Shown here: positions 13,268 through 27,077 of the stretch, in pieces
Layout: the number at the start of each line of letters is the position of its first letter
Numbering within the stretch: the first letter of the stretch is position 1
Assembly (NCBI GenBank): GCA_043228905.1
Contig: JBHGNT010000009.1
Span: forward strand, 15,438,001 to 15,502,000
Origin: Azolla caroliniana
Lineage: Eukaryota > Plantae > Polypodiophyta
Reading direction: 5' to 3'
Length of the DNA stretch: 64,000 nucleotides
The notes under the pieces: model-generated
Database searches by the model: none
What the model was told of the DNA's origin: nothing
The model's input: only the letters and a program-made list of their open reading frames with translations
Position numbers and translations under genes: made by a program

Positions 13268-13865
13268 TCTCAATTGTTTCATTCTCTATGTGTACCACAC
13301 AACACTTGTCATTTGAGAATTGATTTGTACAATTTAGATGAAGCAACATTACCCTTAAAGGCTAAATACACCATAGGCTATTATCGTCATATCTTGAGAT
13401 CATCAATGTATAGAAGAACAGGGAAAGGATGGATTGTTGTGAATGATCATCAATGGCGAAAACAAAAACAACACTATATGATGAAGATCAATAAGTTGAT
13501 GAAGGCAAAAACAATATGAATAGAATGAATCAAATTGTGACAACTCAACACTATAAAAAAAGACAGAGTGATAGACAGAGAACTAGAGAAGCACGCAACA
13601 ATGTAACTCTATTATTCAAGAAGTTACATTATAAGGAATAGCGACATCACATCATGTACAAACTAGTTACAAGTTCAATAATATATTGTTCAATATGATA
13701 TGCAGAAGAATGTGTGAGGACCTGCAAGGTGATGTCAAGCAAGCAATGTGTAAATGATAGAGAAGTAGAATATGCACAATGTGAAGGAAAGTAAGAAGCA
13801 AGAGAACTCAAATGAAGCTCTAATGGAAACTTGTTATTCTCTTCTATAACTCTTTCTTCTATAAC

Positions 13866-16292
13866 TCATTGATGATAGCGTAATTCCTGGTTGTTGGCGA
13901 AGAGCTCTTGTTCTCGTTGGCTATTCCACTCGGTTTCTTTGATGAACCGTTCCTTAGCCTTAGTGATCGAGACTTGGAGGGTCATCACCTCTCGTTCTCG
14001 TGCTTCAAGCGCAGCCGACCTTTCAGCAAGCAAGCGCTTGAGTTCCGCTTCGCGACTCGCGACTTGTTCTCGTTGCTGGCCAAGAATGTTGTTGTGATTC
14101 TGTTCGGCCATTTCAGCCAATGCGATTTGGGCCTGAAGCTCCTCCTGGTAGTCCCTAAGGGGAGGCCCTATCTGGGTTGCTGCTTGCTGGAGTTGTGTCG
14201 AGGACTCCCTATCTGTCTGTGTCGCTCATTCCATGACTTCCGGAGGTGGTGGCGTTTGTGTCGAGGTGTGGCTGGTTTGGGGATGCGGGCTGATATCTGC
14301 CCGTGACGATGGCTCACTTGCATGTACCGAGTCTGTCATTGTGTTGGCCTCGGCCGTGGCTACCGTGGGGTGGGCAGTATCGTCTTTATGTGCTACGGTA
14401 CCTTCAACACTCGGGCTTGGGTTCGGAAGAGTGGCTGGTGAGACAACTTCACTCGGCGTAGGGAGGATTAAGGGCAGCTGTTGCTGCGTGCGTGCCGCCT
14501 GTTTCTTCTCGGCGGCTTGCCATAGGTCGGTAGCCCATTTGGCTTGCTGATGCACCGTTTTGATACGTCATGCCATGTCCTTGGCTTCCCGAGTAGTGTG
14601 GTGTATTGCGATATGCCTCGACTAAGACCATGTTCAGATCCGGTAGTTCCATGAGAAGCGAAACATTCTGGGCTTGCTTCTTCCGTCCTATCTTTTGTAA
14701 GGCTCGATCCTTGTGAGGTTCGATTTCACCCATTAGCACACGTTGGATCATCTTTGTTTCAGCATGCTCCTCGGCCATAGGAGCGGCGGCAACTACTTGG
14801 GCGCGTGCGAGGAAATCCATTAACTCGTAAGTTGTGCCCAATCGAAGTAAGGCACTGAACTCGTATGCCTCCGTGGGGAGATCTTTGTACTCGAGGACTT
14901 CCTCCTCTGATATCTGCGTCGTTTGGCCATGTTCAATCGTTCCGACTTGGAGCCATGACTCCGCTGGTACTATGTCCGTGGAGGGGGGGCTAGCCTCTTT
15001 TGATTTCTGCCGATGGTTGCCTTCGGTTTCTGTGGTTGCCTCTCGAATGATACGACGTCTTTTTGGCGGTTGGTCCTGCGCGTCCGGGGTCGGTGGTGTT
15101 GGCTCCTCGGCCCGTTTCCTCTTCCGTTGCCGGATGGCCGAGGGCTGCTGGCTGGTGGGCCGTGGGCTCAGTTGAGGAGAGGTCATTGCTGCCCTTGGTG
15201 GCCTCTGGTGTATGGTGACATCCTTGGGGATGGCCTCCTCGGCCTCATCCCATTCGACACGGGTTGCTGTCACCGCCCATTGTCTTTGTGATTTTGGTGG
15301 GGGTGTGGTGGGGGTGGGGCCGAGGCGGAAGTGGGGTGCCGAACGCCTGAGGGAGGTGGAGAAGATAAGGATTCTTCCCATTCTTCCTGAGTTATCTCTA
15401 AAATCTGCCCGAGTTGTTTCCGTGGTGGTGGCGGAGAGATCAGGGTGCGATGAGGGGAAACCGAAGGAGGTGGGTAGAGGACTGTAAGGAAGTGGTTGAT
15501 CACAGGCAACAGACGCTTACCGGTTTGGAAGGATTTGAGCGCCGCCCGGATTCCTTCGCCTGTGATGATTCCCTAGTCAATTTTGTTTCCCTCGTAAGCA
15601 CTGATGATGATCGCCGCTTTGCTCTGTGGCATACTGGTAGGGTTGGTATGCACGAACGTGTACTCCATCAGGATGCGAGCAAGTTCCCCGAATGCCTTGT
15701 TGGATCCACTGTAGGTGCGGTAGGCTTTACCAGATATGGAATACGCACCAAAGTATTCCTTCAGGGTCGTGGAAGGGGGAATCTCGACCTCATGGTCACC
15801 TCCTCGTTTCAGGTCCAAGGCAACACGAATCATATTGTTGGTGACTGTGTCCGGGTGGATACGTCGTGTGAATGCTTGGGCATGAGGGTGCGCAGGGGCA
15901 TCGATCACCTTTAAATAACCACCCAAGCCTCGTTCCTGAAGCCAGGAGCGGGTTTCTTGTGAAGCTGCAAGAGGCATACTGGACTCGGGGTTCTGCTGTG
16001 TGGAAGATTGGGGAAGGAGGATTCGACCAGACTGAGACAGAGTGAGGGAAGGAGATGGTTGTGGTGCGGCAGCGGGGCTACGAGGGCAAGAGAGGGCTTG
16101 TGAACAAGAGCGGTGGGAGCGATGAACGCGCTGAGAGCGAGAGGAAGTTTGAGAGCGTGGAAACGATGAATGTTGGGTGTGCAAGAAAACGTCTGTGTGT
16201 GGAGTGGGCTTGGGGTAACTGTTTTTTAGGGAACGCCTAGGGTTTTGTGAATGAAGAGGAACTTGGAGATTCTTGGGCGTGGATGCCATCAT
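13866..16292 (-). pseudogene. Extra ORF downstream of integrase (env-position, ~800 codons, disrupted); Pro-rich middle, C-terminal coiled coil
   Basis: ORFs 16292-15573 and 15509-15270 are in one frame, split by TAG (KID*G, probably W); continues via frameshifts into 15381-14449, 14555-14226 and 14120-13866 (REAELKRLLAERSAALEARERE). Confidence 0.7.
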
Positions 16293-16497
16293 AGGATATT
16301 ATGGCCACGTGTCCTAGGGAGTTAGTGTTGTGCCTTGGGTGCTGTGCATGTGCCTTTAAATACTTAAGTGAATGTGAAAGTGACTAATGGGTGCCTCTAA
16401 CCTGACGTGATTTGGGTGAGGTGGTAGGTGGAACTAACTAATTGCTAAAACTATGCCTAATCCTACCTAATGTCTACTTTGGAATGCTGGTGGGTCC

Positions 16498-19400
16498 TTA
16501 CCGAGGGGGACACGTGGCCTCCTTCGTGGCCGTGTCCGTGCCGTGAGACTTGGCGAAAGGGTTGGCTGGGGTATTTCCCTGGTATGGTCGTAGTTGGAAT
16601 CCATTCACCCAACTTTTGACTATTTCCCCGGCGAGGGTGCCGAGCTGGAACGTGCCGTTAAACTCGTCAATAATCCAGAAGGGGCCGGTCCATCGAAATC
16701 GTAACTTTCCTAGCATAGCACCGAGTCGTGTCTGGAAAACGAGGACTGGTTTGCCTATGGTCAGTTCTTGTTCCAATCCCTTCCGATGTTGGTCCACAAA
16801 GGCTTTCCGTTGGCGTTGACGTTGTTCAAGTTGGGCCATGCTCGCTACTCGGTCCTCACCAAGTTCGAGGAGTTGTTCCAGCCTCAATTGTTCGGATTGG
16901 GCCTCGGGTAGGCGTGCTTTAACTTGCACTTGGAGACTCGGGACTTGGAACTCGATGGGCATAACGGATTCTAGACCAAAAGCCATTTGAAAGGGGGTGG
17001 ATTGAATGCTCGTTTTGAATGTCGTGCGGTAAGCCCATAGTGCACTTTGGAGCTTGTCATCCCAATCGGTACGGTTCTCGTTGACGATCTTCTTCAGGAT
17101 TGTTTGGAGAATTTTGTTAGTCGATTCTGCCAATCCGTTTGCCTGCGGGTAGTATGGTGTGCTTTTCTTATGTACCATTGCATAGTGAGTCGTAAGCTCG
17201 CGTATTATATGGTTTATATAGTGCCCACCGTGGTCACTAACGAGCTCAATTGGACATCCATAACGGCACCAAAGATGTTCGTACACAAATTTGGCCGTGG
17301 ATGCTGTCCTGTTGTCTCGTAAAGCCTTTGCCTCGACCCATTTTGTGCAGTAGTCCGTGGCGACGATGATATACTTATTACCGGTTCGGGCCGCGGCCGG
17401 TTTGAAGGGTCCCACAAAATCTAACCCCCATTTTTGAAATGGTTCCAATGGAAGAATGGGTTGGTGTGGCATTCGAGCTTGTTCCATCGGCTATCCCAAC
17501 CGTTGGCACAAGTCGCACTGTCGGCAGAACTCGTGGGCATCCTTTTTCATTGTAGGCCACCATAACCCGCTCTGTCATACTTTCCTTGTTGTGGACTCTC
17601 CGGCGTAGTGTCCGTTGGCGATTCCGAGGTGGGCCTCTTGGAGGATGGCCTTCTTCTCGAATTGTCGAATGGCCCGCCGCCATATTCCGTCCGAGCCTTT
17701 GTGATAGAGTATGTCAGAAACCAGACAAAAGTTGCGGCTACGTACTGCTAGTCGTTTCCATACATCGAGGGCCATGTGGTCGGGAGGCAAGCCAGTACTA
17801 AGGAAATGGGTCATCTCCGTGATCCATTCATCTTCTCTGTCGTCGGTTAGCGTTGCGAGATGAAATAAGCCGGCATCGGGTAGATCTTATACGTGGGCTT
17901 GGCAGGGTCTTCAGACTCGAGGTGGCTTAGGTAATCGGCGACGACGTGTTGAACTCCGGGTCGATGCTGTATATGAAAATCAAACTCTTGTAATAGGAGC
18001 ATCCATCAAGCCAGTCGACCTATCAGGTCTTGTTTATTAACCAGGTAGAGTAGGGCCGAGTGATCGATGTGAAAGGTGAATTTTCGGCCTAAGAGGTAAT
18101 GCCGAAATTTACTGATGTTGTAGATCATACCGAGGGCCTCCTGTTCGGTGGTTGAATAGTTCTTTTCCGCGGCCGAGAGACGTCGGCTAGCATAATACAC
18201 TGGCAGATACCAATTTGGGGGCGTGCATTGCATAAGTGCGCTCCCGATAGCAATATCTGATGCGTCCACGAAGACGTGAAAAGGTTCCGACCATCTTGGT
18301 GGCTATACAACCGGGGCATGCGAGAGCATTAATTTCAATCCTTGGTAAGCCTCGTCCTCGATTGAAGTCCATTGAAAGGGGAGTCGATGCACCAATCGGC
18401 CAGGTGGCATAACATCTGGTTGTGCCATCTGATTTGTCCCAGAAATCGGCTGAGGCTTTTTGTGTTCGAGGGTGCTGGGGCTTTTAGGATGGCTTGTACT
18501 TTATCCGGGTCCATGGCGATACCTTCTTGACTGACAATGTGTTCGAGTAGGTTGCCGCTTGTGACATAAAATGCACACTTTGCCGGGTTTAAACTTAACC
18601 GAGCCTGGCGACATTGATCAAGACAGAGGCGTAACTGGGTCATGTGTTCCAGTCGCTGTCCATATACGACGAAGTCGTCGAGAAAGACTTGCATGAACAC
18701 TGGGATATACTCATTAAAAATTTCAGTGATGATGTGCTGGAACATGGCCGACGCTATTTTTAAACCGAACATCATGACTTCTGCTACGAAAACACCCCAT
18801 TCCGTGACAAATGCTGTTTTCTCTTGATCATCCGGGTGCATTCTGATTTGGTCGTCCCCACTAAACCCGTCTAGAAAGCTGTAGCATTCGTGACCTGCCA
18901 CCGTGTCGAGAACACTATCCGTGAATGGGAGAGGGAATCCATCCGTGACCGTTGTAGCATTAAGCTTGCGGTAGTCCACACAGACTCGGATTTTCCCGTT
19001 TTTCTTGGGGACGACTATGATTGGGTTTAACCATGTGGCGCATTTTACCGGTTGTATGAACCCGACACGGAGGAGCTTGTCTATTTCTTCCTTGACCTTA
19101 GCTGCATAATTGGGGTTCATCTGGTATCGTCTTTGCTGAACCGGCCAAGCGTCCGGGAGAAGGTGGATCTGGTGTTGGTAGTTTTGTGGGTCCAAACCCT
19201 TCATATCCGTGTAAGACCATGCGAATACATCCTGGTAATCGGTGAGTAAGTGGATGAGGGTTGCTCATTCGCCGGCTGGTAAGTTATTAGCAATCTGTAG
19301 GGTCCGATTGGTCTCGTCTGAACTGAGGTTCAGTGTTTTGAGCATTGATGCCTTCACGCGTTGAGAGATGGCAAGTTCACGTTCAAAAGCATCCCGAGTG

Positions 19401-21466
19401 TGTCGTAATTCGGCAACGATGGTGGGATCGGGCTCATCCTCATCTAGAGGTGTGCTGACGGCCAACATGGCGTCGATTTCGAAGAGAGGTATGATAGTGG
19501 GATGGTCTTCTAGGAAATCGTCCACCTCGTCATCGGCTAATCCGTCGAGCATGTGCACCCCTTCCGCGTATAACGACGAGGTGTTGTGGGGCGTGGATAT
19601 GCGTTCTTCGGTTATGATCCGGACCTTGGTCTTTCCTCGGCAAAACGAGATCATGTTGCACTGCCAATGTTGTTTGATATTGGCTGTGCGCAACCATGGT
19701 CTGCCCAGTAACATTGGGTAAGCCCCCTGTGCTTCGAGTCGTAAGACAACGTCTGAGATAGTGAACATGTGGCCTCCTAGAGTAAAGTCGAGGTGGCGGA
19801 TTAATCCGATGGGGCAAACCGATCGTGTGTCGGCCATCTGAAGCCAAAAGGGGCAAGGTTCCCATTGATTCAGGCCGAGTTTACGACAGGTAGCCTCGCT
19901 AATGACATTCACACCAGAGTCGTCGTCGATTATGCACCCGTGTAGGTCCTTCCTTTTAATCATAATTTTTATGGCTGGATTCTGTGCATCCATGAGAGGT
20001 GGACCCGTTCCTGGCTCGACTAGGTGCACAGGTGGTGCAATGGACTGGTTGTTGGTCGTGAGTGAAGCCAAGGTGTCCCGAAAACGCGGCATGAGTGGTA
20101 AGAGTTTATGAAGAGGTAAGCAGATCTTGGAACTGGTAAGAGCATCCCATAGCTGGTCATCTTCTGCCGCCGTGGATGGAGCCGAGGATTGTGTTGCTCC
20201 GATGGTCGCGTCTCCCATTTCCGTGCGCATCCGCACCACATTGTTTTTGTTGGCCGTATCCATCCATTCTTTGGCTGCTTGCCGGACTTCGACTTGAACT
20301 TGCCATGGGGTAGCCTGGGCTTTGCTGCATGTTGTGACGTTTTGTACGTCAGCCATAATACTATTCATGGCAGGAGCCTTTCCGCGGTCTGTTGTTGGGC
20401 ATTGCGTAGCGTAGTGACCGGGTTGGTTGCACTTGAAGCAGGTAACGTCGGCCGAGTTGCTGGTGCTAGCCCGATCCGTGGGGTGCGGTTGATTCCCGGC
20501 CTCATGTGTTTCTGGGTTGGTCCAGGGTGCGTTCGAGCTACGCGGTTCATTGTGCGGTGGGTCCCGACGACAGTTGTCGTTATTCCTTCGGTTATTGTGC
20601 GATCCTCGGTGAGAGTTGTGCCGATCATTACGGAAATTCCTTTGATCGTAACGGTCATCCCAATCCTCTTCATTCCGATCAAAATCGTCGTTTGCCCGAT
20701 ACTGGTCATCGTGATAGCGATCACGACGGTCGTCCGATCTCCATCGGTTGTCGTTTCGGTAACTGTCGTCGTCCCGACGGTAATCGTAGTGTTTGACAGT
20801 GTGGGATCGGGACTGGTAGATCGGACACTGTGGTCGGTGAGGACATTCGAGGACTAGATGGCCCGATCCCAAACAAAATGTGCATTGGAGGGCGTGGCGG
20901 AAGTGATTGTCCTCCTGGGCAAGGGCGCTTTGCAGTGAACTCATAGTGAAAGCCGTGCTTTGTTGAGTCCGATCGAGGGTGAGGACGCGCGCTATGACTT
21001 GCTCGATCGTTTGGTTGTCAAAATTAGTAAGTGCAAGAGTCGTTCGTAGAGGCTCCCGTAGGCTGGACAGGAATGCGTTCGGAATGTGCTGTGCAGAGAC
21101 ATCGTCGGCCACTTGTCTGTAGAGATCCCGGAACCGGATCGTGAACTGTGCGACCGTCTCCTGCGGTTCTTGTCGCATGGAGAAGAATTGTCGGAGCAAT
21201 TCTCGTTTGGGCACCTCGCAATGGAACAGTTCTAGGAACTGTGTGTGAACGTCGTGGAAGGTGACAAACTCCCTTGTGTCGAGGCCATAATACCATCACG
21301 TAGCTGGTCCATCGAAGGATAGCGTAAACTCGACAATTTTTGAGGCCTCGATTTCGGCAGGCGAGAGGCGCTGAGTTGAGTGGTTGGCCTGCCAGGTGGA
21401 CACGAAGGTACGGATGTGCGACTTCGCGTCGGGGCTGTCGGTGTATCGTGGGTAAGGATACGGCAT
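16498..21466 (-). pseudogene. gypsy gag-pol polyprotein (gag, CCHC knuckles, protease, RT, RNase H, integrase), disrupted
   Basis: CFKCNQPGHYATQC; IIDDDSGVNVIS and LLGRPWL; RVCVDYRKLN, FLDGFSG, VFLDDF; DASDIAIG..YYASR; WGLDFVG, PYYPQANGLAES. Confidence 0.93.
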
Positions 21467-21770
21467 GGTATATAATTCAGAGTCTTCCGGTAAAGCCGAA
21501 AAAGGGTTAGGGTTAGGGTGGGTGACCTCTGGAGGGCTTGTGGAGAGGTTGGTGTGGACTTGACTCGCGACCGAGTAGCAGGTGGCGAGGATTGCAACCG
21601 GTGAGCCTCTGATGTTTTTGGGAAGGACTGGTCCGTGACCACCGAGTCGGAAGTGCCTTCGACTGGCTCAGGGTGTCGGCCAGATGGCCGAGACCGCTTG
21701 GTGCGATTGGGCGCTGTAATGGCGGCTGAAGGTTGTCTTCAATGTAGTTCGCTGTGATCTCACAGCTGTA

Positions 21771-21783
21771 ACCGGGCGTGCCA
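21771..21783 (-). promoter_or_regulatory. Primer-binding site, probably tRNA-Arg (TGGCACGCCCGGT)
   Basis: TGG motif next to LTR end; similar TGGCATGCCTGGT at 58389-58401 in the related element; tRNA identity from recall. Confidence 0.7.
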
Positions 21784-21788
21784 AATTG

Positions 21789-22267
21789 TGTTAACCGTTC
21801 TGCCGGAAACACCTTCGATATGCCTACAAGCTATCGGTATCAAGGGAAGTGTAATCGTGAAGACTGGTGCATGGAGGTGTCGTTAGGGGAAGAACACGGA
21901 GAGCATAACCGGAATAGAACCCGGGTGTTGAGACCTTAGAAGCGACGAAACATAGATGAAAACAACAAGAGCTATAGATATGTATTACTGCAATAGTTAG
22001 CGATGATTACAAAAACACGGCCCACAGCCGGTAGCCTTACAAAGCTTCTTATAACTATGAACCGACCTCGCCTAGGCTCTGGATATCTCTCCCCTGATGA
22101 GGTATGCAGACCTCGGTTTATATACTTCTTTTCCTTCATACAGCGCCGAGCAGTCGGCTGACTGTGAGGCTCGAAACTCGGCGTTTTACCTAATCCTCCC
22201 TTACCTACTCGCCTTTCTTCCGGCGTATTATATTTAACTAATTTCTATTTTTGGCCTATGGACAACA
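21789..22267 (-). repeat. 5' LTR of G1
   Basis: Minus strand starts TGTTGTCC like LTR 58406-58999; followed by PBS. Confidence 0.8.
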
Positions 22268-23737
22268 GGATGCGCTAGAGTCGATCACCCAAGTGCACTC
22301 TTCGCTTGGAAGATTTGCACTTGTCTGTTCACAGATGAACAAAAGTTCCTCATTGCTCGTAGCAATGGCCGAAGTGTTCTTTTCATCCGGAATCTTCCGG
22401 GGTTCGACATTATTTCCGACACTCTTGTCTTTTCTCATGTGTCAACAGTCCTTCTAGAAGTGTCCAGGTTTTCCACAATAAAAGCACACAGGCTTACCTC
22501 TGGACTTCGATCTGGCGTAGGATTTGTCTGTCCGCTGCGGACTTCTTCTTCGCCGGTCTCTTCCTCTGTCCATATGTCGAGTCAGATTCGACTCCATTTG
22601 GGACATGACTCCTTTGTCTTTCCTCCTTGCCTCCTCGTTTAGGATGCTTTTCTTCACCGTTTGTAAAGACAAGTTCTCTTCTTGACAGGAGGTGTTGAGA
22701 GTAACCACCAGGTTCTCCTAGCTTTCTGGTAGTGTGCACATCAGCAGGATGGCTTGCATTGCATCATCTAGGGGAAACTTGGTCGCAGCAAGTTGATTCA
22801 CATACCCCTTGAATGTGCTGATGTGTTCGACGATGCTCTCACCGTCTCTGTATTTCAGCCAAATGATTTTTCTCATCAGCGAGGTTCTGTTTAGCGCGTT
22901 CTTCCTCTCATACAGACTCGACAGCTTCTGCCACATCTCGTGGGCATTCGTGTCGTTCGCCACATGCTGAAGGACACTTACATCGACACATTGTCGGATT
23001 GTGGCCACCGCCTTCCTATTCAGAAGATTCCAGTCCAACTCCAATACCCCCTTGGGTATTTCTGCTTTGTCGATTGGCTCGTACAGGTCTTTAACTATGA
23101 GAAGGTCTTCCATCTTTATCTTCTAGTTTGCATAGTTCTTTGAGTTCAAAACTATCATACCTGGGAAATTGCTAACACCTCCTTCCATGCTTGCACCTCA
23201 AGCTCTGATACTAGTTTGTTGAGAAATCGTTGCAGAATATAAAACACAATGAGCAGACACTACTGAAACAAATCATAGAAAAATGCCAAGCAAAGACAAG
23301 ATGAACAATGGTGCACAGAGATTTACGTGGAAACCCTAAAATGGGGAAAAACCACGGGAACACATTCTTCACTATACAAATAGTGGATATACAATAGCGA
23401 GAAGATTACAACACTCTCCATGAGTGCATCAGCCGCACAGGGCTCTTCGTGTCTGTTGTTACAAACACAGTTATGGCGCAACTCACACTTCTTCTCTCTC
23501 ACTCTCTTTGATTTTTGTACACTACAAATCTAACACTGTTCATCCATCATTAAAGTTTGCCCTAGTTGCATATATACTTACACAACTTTCAGTCTATTTA
23601 CAAATATAGTCTCCCGAGTTGGCTATGTACACGATTCTGGTTTCGGCCTCGGTCGAGTCCCTCATCAACTTGACTCCTCGACTGTTGGCTTTCCGAATAG
23701 TTAGATCTTCCTCCCACTTGAGGGACATATCCCAACA
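22268..23737 (-). mobile_element. Ty1/copia 5' part: LTR 23217-23737, mutated Met-i PBS, gag, zinc knuckle, start of protease
   Basis: MEDLLIVKDLYEPI, CFYCGKPGHF, WVIDSSAS; TAGTATCAGAGC PBS; TG..CA LTR. Confidence 0.9.
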
Positions 23738-24690
23738 ATGAGGACCATTGCCTCTTCATGAAAACAGCTCAAGATGGGTCACCCATCTTCCTCATCCTAT
23801 ACATGGATGACATGCTTCTCTTCGGCTAGCATGTCAGAGAGCTTGCCGATCTTGTTTGGAAACTATAGTTGAAGTTCACAATGAAGGACCTAGGTGTGAC
23901 TTGACACATACTCGGAATGAAGATCAGTAGACTCCAGAATTAGCGACAATTGTTTTTGTCTCAAGCCGACTACATCAAACGTGTCCTGGAGCGCTTCAAC
24001 ATGCAATTGGCTAAATTTGCTTCAACCCCGCTCCCCATTAACCTTCAGTTGTCTTAGTGGGACTGCTCGACATCCAATTGGAGGGGGAAGATATGAAGGT
24101 GATACCATAAGCATCAGTAGTCGGCTCCTTGATGTATGCAATGGTAGCGACACAACCTGACATTGTTCACGTCGTAGGTGTTGTCAGTAGATTCATGCAC
24201 AACCCAAGACGATCGCATTGGAATGCAGTCAAGCATGTATTCAGATATCTAGTGGGCACACAAGATCTTGGCATCCTCTTCGGTCCTAACGAGAACCTAG
24301 GCGTAGTCATCGACACTGACTTGGAGTTTGCCCGCTGTGTGGACAACCGAAAGTCAACAACTGAATACTACTTTAAATTTGGCAATGGAACAATCTTGTG
24401 GAAGTTGAAACTTTAGGAGTGCACGACCACTTCAACGACGGAGGCCGAATACGTAACTACGTCCAACGTGGCGAAAGAGGTTCTATGGCTTGGTCAACTG
24501 GCGTGTACATTTCGACAAGCCAATCCCAATTCGGCTCTACTTGTCTACACCGACAATCAGGGTGTTTTCGCCTCGTCGAAGAACCCAGTTCATAATTGTA
24601 ATGTCTCCACGCACATCGATGTTTTGATATCACTTCGTTCGGGACTGCATAACTTCGGGGAAGCTCGACCTCCAGAAGATCTCCACGATC
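23738..24690 (+). mobile_element. Ty1/copia RT-RNase H fragment, decayed
   Basis: LYMDDML, MYAMVATQPDI..VGVVSRFMHNP..HWNAVK, STTEAEY. Confidence 0.85.
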
Positions 24691-24881
24691 CATTTACTTC
24701 ATTCGGGACAACATAACTTCGATGTTTGAATGATACATTTACTTCTTGCGTGCCTCTTCCAGTCTCCCTCTCTCTCACACACACTCTATCTCTTTGATCT
24801 TGATCTAGCTTGTCAACTTGGTGATCTTCATCACTCAAATGTTGTTTCATATTCCGCACTAACGATCTCATTTCTAACAAC

Positions 24882-25690
24882 AGTTACCCCCCAAAAAGAA
24901 AATCTTAGCCATTGGAATTGATTCACACTAATTTGTGTTATATGAAAGATAAAACTCTTGGTGCTTACTTTGCTACATTCGTTGATTATTTCTCAAGGAA
25001 ATTGTGGTGCTTTGCAATGTAATCCAAAGCTCAACTATTTGAGATCTTTAAGAGCTTTCATGCAAGTGTTGAAAGAGAAATTGGAAGGAACCTGAAATGT
25101 ATTCATGCAGATAATGGTGGTGAAGATGGGGATCAATTTGAGCAATATTTTTGTAATCATGGTATTAGGCTTGAGAGAAGTGTTTCAAAAACACCTCAAC
25201 ACAATGGTGTGCCTAAAAGAATGAATAGAACAATTTTTGAGCGTTTAAGGTGTATGTTTGGATGGTCATGTTCTCAAGAAGTTTTGGACAGGAAAAGATG
25301 TTCCATATAAACACTTGAGAGTTTGGTTGTATGGCTTATGCCCACATCCCAAAAGATGAAAGATCCAAGCTTGATGACAAGTGCAAACCATGTATATTCT
25401 TGGGATACGGGCATGAAGAACTAAACTATAGATTAATATATGACCCAACGAATAAAAAGGTTATTAGAATTAGGGATGTGGTATTCCTTGAGCATCAGAC
25501 TTTACAAGATCGGAAGCCGAGTGAAATACCAAATTTCACTCCTGAGTTTTTAGTCACCATACATTCGACTCTTGCCCTAGACATTCAAGGTCATGGGGGA
25601 GATGTGGAGGAGTATGATGATGCAACAATGATGATGATGATGAGTAAAATCATGACCACTGTATTCCATGTGACTAGATTGATGACATTC
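24882..25690 (+). mobile_element. Ty1/copia integrase fragment, old and AT-rich
   Basis: LELIHTNLC-like, DNGGE, TPQHNGV, YAHIPKDERSKLDDKCKPCIFLGYG, RDVVF. Confidence 0.8.
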
Positions 25691-27077
25691 CTATTGGGAT
25701 AAAAGTCCCACTCCATCGGTTTTGTATCTCTAGTGTGAACATAGTGAACCTAACTATATAAGTGGTAACTGTTCTTGTAAAGTGTGTTCAAAGGTTAATG
25801 TAAGACAGTCTTCTTTGAGCACATCTCTCTCTCTCTCTCTCTCTCTCTGTGCAACTGTTTGCTTTCATCTTCTTGAATCTTGTAAGAGTGCATATCTCTA
25901 TCTTAATCACTACTTTTGTTGTTTGCTAGACTCACTAACAAATCCTCAATCTTATTCCGCAACATCAACTTCATAACTCAACATTTGGTATTAGAGCAAC
26001 TTGTAGTCTGGCAACAACAACAACATAAATTTGAGAAGAGAAGAACTGGCTCAAGGAAAGGACCAGGTTAGCAAATCTCACTTCCTACAGAACATCCACC
26101 ATGGGAATGAAAATCTGGAAGTTCGATAGCGAAAACTTTGCCTTGTGCAAGATGTATTGATGAAAGTAGACGAATGACGCTCCTTGGAAAAAATAGCCAG
26201 GTCAACCATTTGAATGTAGCTGACTGAGAACGTCTACTTCAGCATGGCCAAAGAGACGTTGGCATTTGCCTTATTGGAGAAGCTCCAAGCCATTTACGAA
26301 AAGTCCTCCTCATCGAAGCTCATATTGATCTGACACTTGTTCAATATGAAGATGAGAGAGACGGATACAATGACCTCACACATCAACACCTTCAGTTGGG
26401 TGTGGTCCAAACTCTCCTCCCAAGGGATTAACTTCAAAGAGGAAGTTAAAGCACTTGCCCTCCTTCCGAGCCTACCGGCGAGTTGGGAAGTATTTTGCAT
26501 GACATTCGCCAACAACAACCCATATCTAAACCTGGATGAGACAATCAAACAAGTTTTCATAGAGGGTATTCAATGAAAATCGATGGGTCTCACTATCGAT
26601 GATTCAGCAGAAGCTCACTACTTGACCAAGTCAGCCGAAAGAACCAGTTGAAGCACCAGTCGATTGAGAAGGAGGAACGATAATCGACAATGGTCGAAGT
26701 CACGAAACGTCAAGCCAAATGCCTACTACAGACATTGCAGAAAGGCCGACCACAACATTGTCGACAATTGGTCAGTCAACAAGAAGAAGGAGAGTGGACG
26801 ATGATTTGAGCAAAATCCAAGACAATCCGACTCAGACCACTCTCAAATCGGCAACCAAATCAATGTTGTTGAATCCCGGTCGGGAGAAATCCTCTCCTTG
26901 GAAGATTTGTTGACCGATGAAGTCCTCTACAACACACAAGATGCAGAACAAGACTACTAGACTCCGGCACCACATTTCACGTGACCCCCAACATCGAATG
27001 GTTTTCAGACTATTTGGTTGGTGCCAACGGCATAGTTTGATTAGTGAATGGACAAGAGTGCGTAATTACAGGGATCG

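Larger units (their letters stand above)
13270..22267 (-). mobile_element. Ty3/gypsy non-chromoviral retrotransposon: 5' LTR, gag-pol, extra 3' ORF; no matching 3' LTR (element G1)
   Basis: Domain order gag-PR-RT-RH-INT; LTR 21789-22267; PBS; inserted in a copia protease (WVIDSSAS|). Left boundary approximate. Confidence 0.9.

Noticed and set aside
5450-23737. One copia element spanning and capturing the remorin gene (5' half at 22268-23737, 3' half at 5450-7095)
   Set aside because: The fragments are not contiguous in the protein, no TSD links them, and the gene keeps its introns and upstream region
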